Shown here: positions 12,080 through 24,200 of the stretch, in pieces | Numbering within the stretch: the first letter of the stretch is position 1 | How the letters are laid out: each line of letters begins with the position of its first letter | Source: the human T2T-CHM13v2.0 reference genome, Homo sapiens | NCBI RefSeq assembly: GCF_009914755.1 | Contig: NC_060925.1 | Length of the DNA stretch: 64,000 bases | Reading direction: 5' to 3' (one strand) | The notes under the pieces: model-generated | What the model was told of the DNA's origin: nothing | Databases searched by the model: none | Seen by the model: only the letters and a program-made list of their open reading frames with translations | Made by a program: the position numbers and the translations under genes

Positions 12080-12650
12080 TATGGCAGTTTGGGTTCACTC
12101 AGGAGACAGGAACTATACAGGGATTTTAAAAAGGAGACATTTAATATATAGAATTATTAGCTATAATAAAGTGTAACTATAATGTATATTATTTTAAAAC
12201 TCAGTATAAAATTAGGAATTTCTTGACTTAGGGCAAGGGAGAGTACCCAAGAAGGACAAAGTTGGAAAAGGTGCACAGCTCGGTGGAGAAAGGATGGTTC
12301 AAAGCAGTAAAGTTTGCTGGTTTAGCCGGCGCAAAGCTGGTATAGAGCTGCTAGGAAAGAAGTAGGAAACTGTCCAGAGAGCAGGCCAGGGAGCAGGTAC
12401 GCAACAAACAGTGACCTGAGCATAGAGTTAAGTCTAGGTGCCAATGGAGGTAGAAGGACTTCGGAATACAGATGCTAAATAGAATGACAGCAGTGAACAC
12501 AGAAGGAACTACTGCTCATCAAGTGATCTTCTGGGTAACAGCCTCATGCACGTTACACAGGGCTTTGTTTCTGTGGCAACAGGACTGCAGAAAGGATATG
12601 GCCAGGCTGACGTAGACAGTGTTCTAGGTTTCTTCCTGAGGAAGGATATA
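12080..12650 (-). mobile_element. Ancient ERVL-class LTR-like segment
   Basis: cagtttgggttcactcaggagacaggaactatac...atttaatatatagaattattag resembles the termini of old ERVL LTRs; family uncertain. Confidence 0.4.
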
Positions 12651-12651
12651 C

Positions 12652-13815
12652 TAGATGGATTAAAGTCTTCAATGTAAAACCGAAAACCATAAAACCCTAG
12701 AAGAAAACCTAGGCAATACCATTCAGGACATAGGCATGGGCAAAGAATTTGTGACTAAAACACCAAAAGCAATGGCAACAAAAGCCAACATTGACAAATG
12801 GGATCTAATTAAACTGAAGAGCTTCTGCACAGCAAAAGAAACCATCATCAGAGTGAACAGGCAACCTACGGAATGGGAGAACGTTTTTGCAATCTATCCA
12901 TCTGACAAAGAGCTAATATCCAGAATCTACAAGGAATTTAAACAAATTTACAAGAAAAAAAATCAAAAAGTGGGCAAAGGATATGAACAGACACTTCTCA
13001 AAAGAAAACATTTATGTGGCCAAGAAACATATTTAAAAAAGCTCATTGTCACTGGTCGTTAGAGAAATGCAAATCAAAACCACAAAGGGATACCATCTCA
13101 TGCCAGTTAGAATAAGGATCATTAAAAAGTCAGGAAACAACAGATGCTGGAGAGGATGTGGAGAAATAGGAATGCTTTTCCACTGTTGCTGGGAGTGTAA
13201 ATTAGTTCAACTATTGTGGAAGACAATGTGACAATTCTTTAAGCATCTAGAACCGGAAATACCATTTGACCCAGCAATCCCATTACTGGGTATAGACTCA
13301 AAAAATTATAAATCATTCTGGTATAAAGTCACATGCACATGTATGTTTATTGTGGCACTGTTCACAATAGCAAAGACTTGGAACCAACCCAAAAGCCCAT
13401 CAATGATAGACTGGATTAAGAAAATGTAGCACCTATACACCATGGAGTACTATGCAGCCATAAAAAAGGATGAGTTCATGTCCTTTGCAGGGACATGGAT
13501 GAAGCTGGAAACCATCATTCTCAGCAAACTAATGCAGGAACAGAAAACCAAACACCACATGTTCTGATTCATAAGTGGGAGTTGAACAATGAGAGCATAC
13601 AGATACAGGGAGGGGAATATCACACACCGGGGCCTGTCGGGGGATGGGGGGCTAGGGGAGGGATAGCATTAGGAGAAATACCTAATGTAGATGACAGATT
13701 GATGCGTGCAGCAAACCACCATGGTATGTGCATACTTATGAAACAAACCTGCACATTCTGCAGATGTGTCCCAGAACTTAAAGTATAATAAAAATAAATA
13801 AATAAATAAAAGAGA
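12652..13815 (+). mobile_element. 5'-truncated L1PA (about PA6-8) 3' fragment
   Basis: ORF2 C-terminal peptides (12736-13062, 13046-13231), L1PA 3'UTR and A-rich tail. Confidence 0.9.
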
Positions 13816-13929
13816 AATAACAGAATGATTAGTATATGCAAATGAACACCTGAAAGTAACAAGCACAGAGAAAATATGAAATGCCACCACAGTTCTTATT
13901 TCTGTAACTGGACATGAGTTCATATTTTA

Positions 13930-16540
13930 CATCTATGGTTTCTTTCTTCAATTTCTGTTCCATTATTCCCCTGAGCTAACACCTCAGCTATACTCCATTC
14001 TTTACTAGGTAAATTGACCCAAACCTTTATTTTGAAACATTCTGCAATTTCAGTCACCCTGCAATTTTTTTTTTTATTTCTGTGATTTTACATTGATTTT
14101 ATTATCGGACATAAAAATACTAAAAGTTACCCTAGGGAATTACCTGGGCTCAACATAAAGAATTTCTTCCTTTAATTGTATAGCAGCAACTAAAATTTTG
14201 CCTAGGTAAGCAGAAACAATCACTCCACTTCATAAATGAAGCTCTCTTTTTTTTTATTGGTTTAGTGGCATAAGGAGCATTAAATGGTTGAATGTCAGTT
14301 TCATCTTCTAATTCAGGGCTACTATAGCTGCATTCACAATGGAATAACTTTCCCCTTATGGAACCAAACCTTCAAACCAACAGAGGTCAACATTTCTAGG
14401 ACAGAAAGTAAATATTCTGCAAATGGGTAATTAAATGTAATGTTGAGAGTAGCCACGCCGTTTCTATTACTTCATTCTCAGACTCATGGATTCTGGCCAG
14501 GAAGGAGGCAGAATTCTATAAGCAAAAGCTATACCCTGTAAAGCAGAACCCCATCTGATCAAGGGGTTGTTTCCTGAGTGGTGCCGCAATTAAATTTTTG
14601 TAATCAACTCCACCCTTCCATTAGGCCAACTTCCTCTAAGCAATGAGGTATGTGGTAAGACAAGTTGATTCCATGACCATAATCCCATTGTTGCACTTCC
14701 TATGCTGTGAAATATTTCCCTTCATCTAAGTCAGTTCTCCATAGAATACCATGATAGTGGATTAGACATTCTGTGAATCCACAATAGTGGTGCTGGCAGA
14801 GCATTATCATCAAGGAAGGCAAACACGTATCCAAAATATGGGTTTATTCCAGTGAGGACAAATATTTGTTTCCTCTACTGTGGTGTGGGTCTAATGGTGG
14901 CAGTCTGTTATCCAGGGTAATAATATGATGTAAGGAACTCAGTGTTGTTCTCTGCTTTTTGCAGAATAAGCACTCAGTAATAGGAGTAAGCAGGTTATTT
15001 CGATAAGGGAAAGTTTAGAATGTTGAGCTCAGGCATAGCCTTCATCCATGCCACTGTGGTCATTTTGTTCAGGGACGATTAACCAGAAAAAGAAGCTGAC
15101 TAAGTTTTATACAGTGCATAATTTCATTCAATGGTGGATAAGAGTTTCCTCTGGGACAGATGCTTTTGGACTGTATAAAACACAGATATCTTCACAATCC
15201 ATGCCAATTATGAGAGGTTTACCCACATACTTCCTCATCAAACTTCCTTGCCACCAATCTTCTGATTTTTTTCCTTCCAGGTTCTTGACTGTCAGCAAAA
15301 TCATTCACCACTGATGTGTAGAGCAGTTGTGCTGCAGCCTGATTCTTCAGCAGAGACTTTCCTTGCTCTAGTCTCCACTCAAAACAGACAGCCTTACAGT
15401 GACTCTGTAGATGGGTCAATGTAAAACACTCAAATATGGTCTATGCTGCTTCCAAAATCCAAAATATTTGCCTATGTCTTTATGGTAGGTCCTGGTAGGT
15501 AAATCAACTTGTTTTCTACCTTGGAGGGAATATCTCCTTATGTTTTAGATCACTGTAACCTTCACTGAGATGGTGAATTCTTTAAATTGTCTGGGGCTAT
15601 TTTCTAGCCTTTTACTTCAATATACCTTATTAAAGCATTTAAAGTCCTTGCTACTTTCTACTAAATAGAACCAATCAGCATAAGTTCATCAATATAGTAA
15701 ACCAATGTGATGATCTTTGGAATATCAAGGAAATAAAGATTTCAGCAGACAATATTATGGCAAACAGTAGAGAAATTTGTGTAGCCCTGATATAACATAT
15801 ATATTGCTGGCCCCAACAGGTAAAAGCAAACTCCCTGTTGTGGTAGTTATATATTGTTATAGAGAAAACAGAAAACAAGTTAATGGCCACATACCAAGTA
15901 GCAGGAGTTGTTATAATTGACTGCAGAAAAGACAGAATATTTGAGACAGCAGGTTTTATTGGATTTACCCTCTGGTTAAGTTGATGATAGCCCACAGTCA
16001 TATTCTAATATCCATCTGACTTCTGCACAGGCTGCAATGATGAACTCAATGAGATGTGATTGTTATCACTGCTTCACCTGTTTTTATGTCTTTGAAAGTA
16101 GCATTAATCTCTGCAACTCCCCTAGGGAGACACATTGCTTCTAGTTTACTGTCTTGGCAGAAAGGTGAAGTTCCAGGTGGTTTCATTTTGCCTTTTGCAT
16201 TATAATATCCCTCATCCCATGGGTCAAATTCTCAACTTCAGGATTCTACCAGTATGATATTTACTAAATATGCTTATCCCAATTATACATTCAGGAACTG
16301 GGGAAATAGCAACAGGGTGGTTCTGTGGACCAACAAGTCTCACCGTGAATCAGACGTGAGATACAACTCCATGTATCCCCTGACCATCATAAGTCTCTAC
16401 TTTGACTGGTCAACCACAATGATGTTTTGACATACCAGAAATTAGCATCATTCAGAGCTGGCGTTTAGTAATCCTTCAAAATTGTGGCTACTTTCTTCCC
16501 CTAATGTATGGTTACTCTAGTAAATGGCCTCAGGCCATGT
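13930..16540 (-). mobile_element. ERV-L internal region remnant (protease, RT, integrase; decayed)
   Basis: ORF 15675-16001 MTVGYHQLNQ..TWYVAINL..FAFTCWGQQY matches ERV-L RT; minus-strand VYYIDELMLIG (YIDD-like) at about 15671-15702; KAVCFEWRLEQGKSL (15219-15419); protease-region LRPFTRVT near 16500-16535; integrase N-terminal remnant near 15030-15080. Confidence 0.8.
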
Positions 16541-16916
16541 TGGGAAAAGCTCAAAGACAGTAACTTACCCATATCAACTCATCTATACCCATCTAGTGTT
16601 ATATTTTTCTCTATTTGGTTTGCCATCCTGAGAGTTTATTCACACACACGTTGCCTAGCTACCTGCTTCACACAATATTGCAATGATTTTAGTGCATTAA
16701 CTACTTTCTCTTAGATCATAGTGTGAGCTTATCTCTTGGAACATGTTGAAATTTGACTCTAGTTATGTGTCTAGTGTCAACAAGGGGTGATTGTGTTAGG
16801 CCCTAAGGATGATGATAGTTTACCTTCAATGGCCTTCCCAACAGGTATTGCATGTTTTCCAACTAAGGAAGGCTACTCAGATATCAGAGGGCAAGCTGCT
16901 TTCACTGGAAAAGGAG

Positions 16917-17264
16917 TGTCTTTGTCCAGCTGGGCTGCTGGATAACAAAATACCATAAACTGGGTAGCTTATAAACAACAGAAATGTAAACCTTGCAGTT
17001 CTGGAGGAAGGTGCTGGCAGATTTGGTGTCTTTTGAGGGTGTGCTTCCTAGTTCACACTCAGAGCCTTCTTGCTCTATCTTCACATGGTAGAAGAGACAG
17101 CTAGTTCTCTTGTGTCTCTTTTATACATGTGCAAATGCCAATCATGAGTTCTCCTCGTTCATGATCTAATCAACTCCTCCCAAATACACATCCTATTACC
17201 GTCATCTTGGGGGTTAGAATTTTGACAAGAATTTTGTGAGGACACAGGCATTCAGACTATAGCA
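16917..17264 (-). mobile_element. MLT1A-type MaLR solo LTR
   Basis: tgtc...gctgctggataacaaaataccataaactgggtagcttataaacaacagaaat...cattcagactatagca. Confidence 0.8.
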
Positions 17265-17319
17265 GGTGGATTAAAATGACTTGGGATTTCAGGATTGTCA
17301 GTTATACCTTAGTATAACC

Positions 17320-18720
17320 AAATGTCTCTATTCAATTTTTAGGCTGTGAATCTGTCTGATCTTGGGCTTCTTTTGGTTGTTAGGCTATTAATTATTGCTG
17401 CAATTTCAGAAAATGTTATTGGTCTATTCAAGGATTTGACCTCTTCCTGGTTTATTCTGGGGGGTGTTCCTGTGTCCAGGAATGTATCCATTTCTTCTAG
17501 ATTTTCTAGTTTATTTGCATAGAGGTGTTTACAGTATTCTCTGATGGTAGTGTGTATTTCTGTGGGATCAGTGGTGATATCTCTTTTACTACTTTTTATT
17601 GTGTCTATTTGACTCTTCTCTCTTTTCTTCTTTATTAGTTTGGCTAGTGGTCTATCTATTTTGTTAATCTTTTCAAAAAACCAGTTCCTAGAGTCATTGA
17701 TTCTTTTGAAGGATTTTTTGTCTCTATCTCCTTCAGTTCTGCTCTGATCTATTTCTTGTCTTCTGCTAGCTTTTGTATTAGTTTGCTCTTGCTTCTCTAG
17801 TTTTTTTTTTTAATTTTGATGTTTGTGTGTTGATTGTAAATCTTTCTTGATTTCTGATGTGGGCATTTAGTGCTATAAATTTCCCTCTAAACACTGCTTT
17901 AGCTATGTTCCAGAGGTTCTGGTACATTGTCTCTCTGTTCTCATTGGTTTCAAAAAGCTTCTTTATTTCTGCCTTAATTTCATTGTTTACCCAGTAGTCA
18001 TTCAGGAGCAGGTTGTTCAGTTTTCATGCAGCAGTGTGGTTTTGAGTGAGTTTCCTAATCTTGAATTCTAATTTGATTGCACTGTTGTCTGAGAGCCTGT
18101 TTGTTACAATTTTCATTCTTTTTGCATTTGATGAGGAGGGTTTTACTTCCAGTTACATAGTCGATTTTAGAATAAGTGTTATGTGGCACTGAGAAGAATG
18201 TATATTCTGTTGATTTGGGGTTGAGAGTTCTGTAGATGTCTGTCAGGTCTACTTGGTCCAGAGCTGAGTTCAAATCCTGAATATCCTTGTTAATTTTCTG
18301 TCTTGTGGATCTGTCTAATATTGACAGTAGGGTGTTAAAGTCTCCCACTATTATTGTCTGGGAGTCTAAGTCTCTTTGTAGGTATCTAAGAACTTGCTTT
18401 ATCAATCTGGGTGCTCCTGTATTGCATGCATTTATATTTAGAATATTAGCTCTTCTTATTGCATTGATCCCTTTACCATTATGTAATGCCCTCCTTTGTC
18501 TTTTTTGAACTTCGCGGGTTTAAAGTCTTTTTTTATCAGAGACTAGGATTGCAACCCCTGCTTTTTATGCTTTCCATTTGCTTGGTAAATATTCCTCCAT
18601 CCCTTTATTTTGAGCCCATGTGTGTCTTTGCATGTGAGATGGGTCTCCTGAATACAGCACACTGATGGTTCTTGACTCTTTAACCAGTTTGCTCATCTGT
18701 TTCTTTTAATTGGGGCATTT
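17320..18720 (-). mobile_element. L1PA ORF2 endonuclease-region fragment
   Basis: ORF 18055-18405 IVGDFNTLLS...YSKIDY; no 3' end or poly(A). Confidence 0.88.
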
Positions 18721-18789
18721 TCATTTTTTCCCACTTAACTTGCACACAAAAAACATGTGGCTAGAATGAATTTAATTGTTGTTGTATCT

Positions 18790-20000
18790 TTGCAATTTAC
18801 AAAATTAAATTTTATGTTTTGTTTCAGGCAACATTGTAAATAGATACTTCTGGTGCTAACATGGAAGCTGTCTGATTTTCCAGTCATGAACTGAAGTGCA
18901 AGTTAATGGAGCTGAGCTTGTCATTTTCCCTCTAGACATACATATGCAAACTTAAAAGAATCCAATACACATAACTGTCCTTACAGTCATTATTACTGCC
19001 CTCAGGGTCAGGTCCAGTAGCCATCTAAGTGTCCAATGCAAGTGCTCCATTGGCATTTTATTACAATAAACCATGAGTGATATCTTGATTAATTGTGATG
19101 CCACTGCACGCCATGAATTACTAGTATCCCATTTCCCATTGAAAAGGAGCTAACCATCATGCTTAATCCTGAAGCCATGACCAAAACAATCTCTAAACTG
19201 CATCTTTCTGGACAAGCAATATGAAATTCTCACACCAGTTAGAATGGCAATCATTAAAAAGTCAGGAAACAACAGGTGCTGGAGAGGATGTGGAGAAATA
19301 GGAACACTTTTACACTGTTGGTGGGACTGTAAACTAGTTCAACCATTGTGGAAGTCAGTGTGGCGATTCCTCAGGGATCTAGAACTAGAAATACCATTTG
19401 ACCCAGCCATCCCATTACTGGGTATATACCCAAATGACTATAAATCATGCTGCTATAAAGACACATGCACACGTATGTTTATTGCGGCATTATTCACAAT
19501 AGCAAAGACTTGGAACCAACCCAAATGTCCAACAATGATAGACTGGATTAAGAAAATGTGGCACATATACACCATGGAATACTATGCAGCCATAAAAAAT
19601 GATGAGTTCATGTCCTTTGTAGGGACATGGATGAAATTGGAAACCATCATTCTCAGTAAACTATCGCAAGAACAAAAAACCAAACACCGCATATTCTCAC
19701 TCATAGGTGGGAATTGAACAATGAGATCACATGGACACAGGAAGGGGAATATCACACTCTGGGGACTGTGGTGGGGTCGGGGGAGGGGGGAGGGATAGCA
19801 TTGGGAGATATACCTAATGCTAGATGACACGTTAGTGGGTGCAGCGCACCAGCATGGCACATGTATACATATGTAACTAACCTGCACAATGTGCACATGT
19901 ACCCTAAAACTTAAAGTATAATAATAATAATAAAAAAAGAAAAAAAAAAAAAAAGAAATTCTCAGGAGGGCAAGTAATCAGCAACCCATAGCCTGTGTAT
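18790..20000 (-). mobile_element. Possible ERV-L gag/leader remnant, split by the L1HS insertion
   Basis: Weak resemblance to ERVL internal sequence; collinear with the pol remnant at 13.9-16.5 kb. Confidence 0.35.
19233..19954 (+). mobile_element. Young 5'-truncated L1HS, pre-Ta type (ACG/A)
   Basis: Intact ORF2 C-terminus (19244-19717, ...[10 protein letters not shown]); 3'UTR diagnostic ACG at 19829-19831 and A at 19914; perfect TSD gaaattctca at 19223-19232 and 19955-19964; long A-rich tail. Confidence 0.9.
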
Positions 20001-20029
20001 GCAATTAGAGACCTTCAGAGGACACAAAC

Positions 20030-20590
20030 CACACAGTCAAAGGTGGGAGGCTGGGGCCTTGCTGAAGAAACACTGATTGGCCTGAACCTTTGGGCCATAG
20101 GCAGCTGCATACAATGCACACCAGGATTTGCCACGAGAGTCTGGGCAGGTGGCTGCATACAGAAAATATGGGGATTTGACAAGAGAGTTCACTTCCTACA
20201 GGTGCCAGCATGAAGAAGGTGTGCAGCCTTGCAGAGGGAGTCTGGATAGACAGCTGTGCCTGGGCCACATAGAGCTCTGTCCTCCATGTTCAGAGGACTG
20301 CAGAAGTCTTAACCCTAAACCCAGATTACAAGATTGTTCAGTGACTGCATTCTGTGCCTGAAGCTAGAGCAGGATCTGCAGAATATTCTCATATTCACAA
20401 CACAAAAGTCCCTGGGCTACACAGAAACACCCAGTCTCTTCCTCCTGCAAGGAACCATAAGTGCCCTATACTGAGAAAACTTAATATTATACTCATTTTA
20501 AAGCAATTTTAATGAAATTCCATATTACAGAGTTTATTTTGAAAGGGGCATGAAGAGCAGAAATGAAATACATTGACAATTGATGAAGGT
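20030..20590 (-). mobile_element. Ancient ERVL-class LTR-like segment
   Basis: cttcctcctgcaaggaaccataagtgccctatactgagaaaacttaatat resembles old ERVL LTR cores; family uncertain. Confidence 0.35.
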
Positions 20591-21294
20591 GACTCAGAAA
20601 GAAAGATTTGTTCAAAAATTTGACATGCTAAGCTTCAGAGTATCCTTCAAATTCTATCTGTGGCCCCAGACACAGTACACAATCATTCCCATAGGAAAAA
20701 AACTTTAAAAGGTTACAAAGTTTGACATGTCATAACGGATGTGTTATGATTTTCTCTGTCTATAAAAAAAAAGAAATCAGAGCTTCACTAAATTATGTGG
20801 TACTCAAATTCAGAGTCAAGGAAACAATTTGACACATGTTGGTGGAACAGCTAGAGGCATAGGCAAAGTAAAACTAAACAATTAGAAGCCAAGGGAATGG
20901 AGATGTAACATGCAAACTCACACACATAACATAAGATTGCAGGAAAAACTGTAAATATAAGCTTGGATAAGGTGAACCATTAGAAGATAAAGCTGCCAAA
21001 GGCTGACTTTTAAGATGTAGTTACGTAAGTTTAAAATAAAGTCCCATAAAATTACAGAGAAATATTTTAGTTGGGCAAATGTTAATAAGAAATTCAGTCC
21101 AGCTATTTTAATAAAACATAAAATGCAATGTAAAATGAAATAAAATTATCAATGATAGATATTTCATAATGAAAAAGTAGTAACAATTAAAGAAAGGACC
21201 CAACTATAAACTTGTAAGAACTAAGAAGTTTATTTTCAACATGAAATCCTCAAATTGTTAGAAATGGAAGGAAATATTGGTACTTCCACATTAT

Positions 21295-24200
21295 GTTTTT
21301 AACTTTTATTTTAGGTCGGGGTACATGCGCAGCTTTTTATATCGGTAAATTTTGTGTTATGGGAGTTTGATGTACAGGTTATTTCATCACCCAGTTAATA
21401 CATATATTACCTGAAAGGACGTTATTTGACCCTCAACCTCCCTCCTAGCTTCCACACTCATTTGTGTCCACATGTATTCTATGTTTAGCTCCCACATATA
21501 AGTGAGAACATGCAATATTTGGTTTTCAGTTCCTCTGTTAGTTCACTTAGGATAATGGCATCCAGCTCCTTCCATGTTGCTGCAAAGGATATGATCTCAT
21601 TCTTTTTTATGGTTGTGTAGTATTATATGGTATATATGTACCAAATTTTCTTTATGCAGTCTACCATTGATGAGTATCTAAGTTTATTCAATATCTTTGT
21701 TATTGTGAATAGTGCTGCAATGAACATACATGTGCAGGTGACTTTATGGCCAAATGAGTTATATTCCTTTGAGTACATACACAGTAACGGGATTGCTGGG
21801 TCAAATGGTAGTTCTGTTTTAAGTTGTTTGAGAAATCACCAAACTCCTTTCCACAATGGCTGAACTAATTTACATTCCCACCAGCAGTGTGTAAGTACTC
21901 CCTTTTCTCTACAATCTCACCAGCATGTGTTATGTATAGACTTTTTAATAATAGTTGTTTTGACTGGTGTGAGATGATATCTCTTTGTGGTTTTTATTTG
22001 CATTTCTCTAATGATTATTGATGTTGAGCATGTTTTCATATGCTTGTTGGCAACACTTATGTCTTCTTTCGTAAAATGTCTATTTTTATCCTTTGCCAAC
22101 TTTTAATGGAGTTGTTTTTTGCTTGTTAATTTGTTTGTTATAATACTTATAAATACTGTATATTAGACTTTGTTGAATGCATAGTTTTCAAATGTTTTCT
22201 TCCTTTCTGTAGTTTGTCTATTAACTCCGTTAATAGTTTCTTTTGCTGTCCAGAAGGTCTTTAGTTTAATGGAGTCCCATTTGTCAATTTTTGATTATGT
22301 ACAATTGCTTTTGGTATGTTCCTCAGGAAATATTTGCCAGGGCTTCTGTCCAAAATGGTATTTCCTAGGATATTTTTCAGAGTACTAATCATTTTAGGTT
22401 CTACATTTAAGTCTTTAATCCGCCTTGAGTTTATTTGTGTATAATGGTGCAAAAAGGGTCCAGTATCAGTCTTCTGCATATGGCTAGCCAGCTATGCCAG
22501 CACCACTTATTGAATAGGGTGTCCTTTCCTGATTGCTTGTTTCTGTTGACTTTTTTGAAGATCAGATGGTTGTAGGTGCAACTTTATTTCTGGGCTCTAT
22601 ATACTGTTCCATTGATCTATACGTCTTTTTTTTTTTTTTGGTAGCAGTTATTATGCTATTTTGGTTACTGTAGCCTTGTAGTATAGTTTAAAATCAGGTG
22701 ATGTGATACCTCCAGATTTTCTCATTTTGCTTAAGGTTACTATTGCTATTTGAGCTTTTTGGTTCCATATAAATTTTAGAATTTTTTTTTTTTTCAGATT
22801 TTCACTCTTGTCACCCAGGCTGGAGTGCAATGGCACAATCTTGGCTCACTGCAATCTCTATCTCCAGGGTTCAAGAGATTTTCCTGCCTCAGCCTCCTGA
22901 GTAGCTGAGATTACAGGTGCACACCACCACACCTGGCTAATTTGTTTTTAGTTTTTAGTAGAGATGGGGTTTTGCCATGTTGTCTGGGCTGGTCTCCAAC
23001 TCCTGACCTCAGGTGATCTGCCCACCTTGGCCTCCCAAAATCCTGGGATTACAGGCGTGAGCCACTGCACCTGGCACAATGTTTTTTTCTAATTCTGTGA
23101 AGAATGTCATCAGTAGTTTAATAGGAATAGCATTAAATCTGTAAATTACTTTGAGCAGTATGACCATTTAAACTATATTGATTCTTCCTATTCATAAGCA
23201 TGGAATGTTTTTCCATTTGTTTATATCATCTCTGATTTCTTTCAGCAGTGTCGTAATTTTTGTTGTAGATTTCTTTTACCTCTCTGGCTAGCTGTATTTT
23301 ATTCTTTTTGTGGCTATTGTGAATGGAACTGTACTCATGATTTGGCTCTTAGCTGGGGCATTATTGGTTTATAGAAATGCTGCTAATGTATGTACATTGA
23401 TTTTGTACCCTGAAACATTGTTGAAGTTGTTTATGGGAACAATAAACTTTTGGGGAGAGACTATGGGGTATTCTAAGTATAGAATCATATCATCTGCAAA
23501 CAGAGACAACTTGGCTTCCTCTTTTCCCATTTAGATGCCTTTTATTTCTCTCTTGCCTGATTGCTGTGACTAGGAATTCTAGTTCTATGTTGAATAGCAG
23601 TGGTGATAGAGGGCATCCATGTCTTGTGCTGGTTTTCAAGGAGAATGCTTCCTGCTTTTGCCCATTCAGTATGATGTTGCCTGTGCATTTGTCATAGATG
23701 GATATTATAATTTTGAATTATGTTCCTTCAATGTCAGTTTGTTGATGATGTTTGTCATAAAGAATGTTGAATTTTATCAAAAGCCTTTTCTGCATCTATT
23801 GAAATGATTATATGCTTTCTGCTTTCAGTTCTGTTTATGTGATGAATCACATTTATTGATTTGCGTATGTTTAACCAACTGCACATTCCTGGAATAAAGC
23901 CTACTTGATTGTGGTGGATTAGCTGGATTCAGTTTGCTAGTATTTTGTTGAAGATGTTTGCATTCATTTTCATCAAGGATATCATCCTAAAGTTTTCTTT
24001 TTGTATGTGTGTCTCCCTCAGGTTTTGGTATCAGAATAATGCTGTCCTGAAACAATGAATTAGGGACCATTCCCCTCTCTTCAATATTTTGGAATAGTTT
24101 CAGTAAGAATGGTACCAGCTCTTCTTTATGCATCTGGTAGAATTTGGCTGTGAATCAAATCTGGGCATGGGACTTTTCTATTTGGTAGGCTGTTTATCAC

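Noticed and set aside
12567-12580. X-box-like GTTTCTGTGGCAAC
   Set aside because: Isolated, inside a degenerate LTR-like segment, with no supporting motif cluster
19758-19806. G-quadruplex-like G-runs (also about 56815-56862)
   Set aside because: Standard L1 3'UTR polypurine tract present in all young L1s
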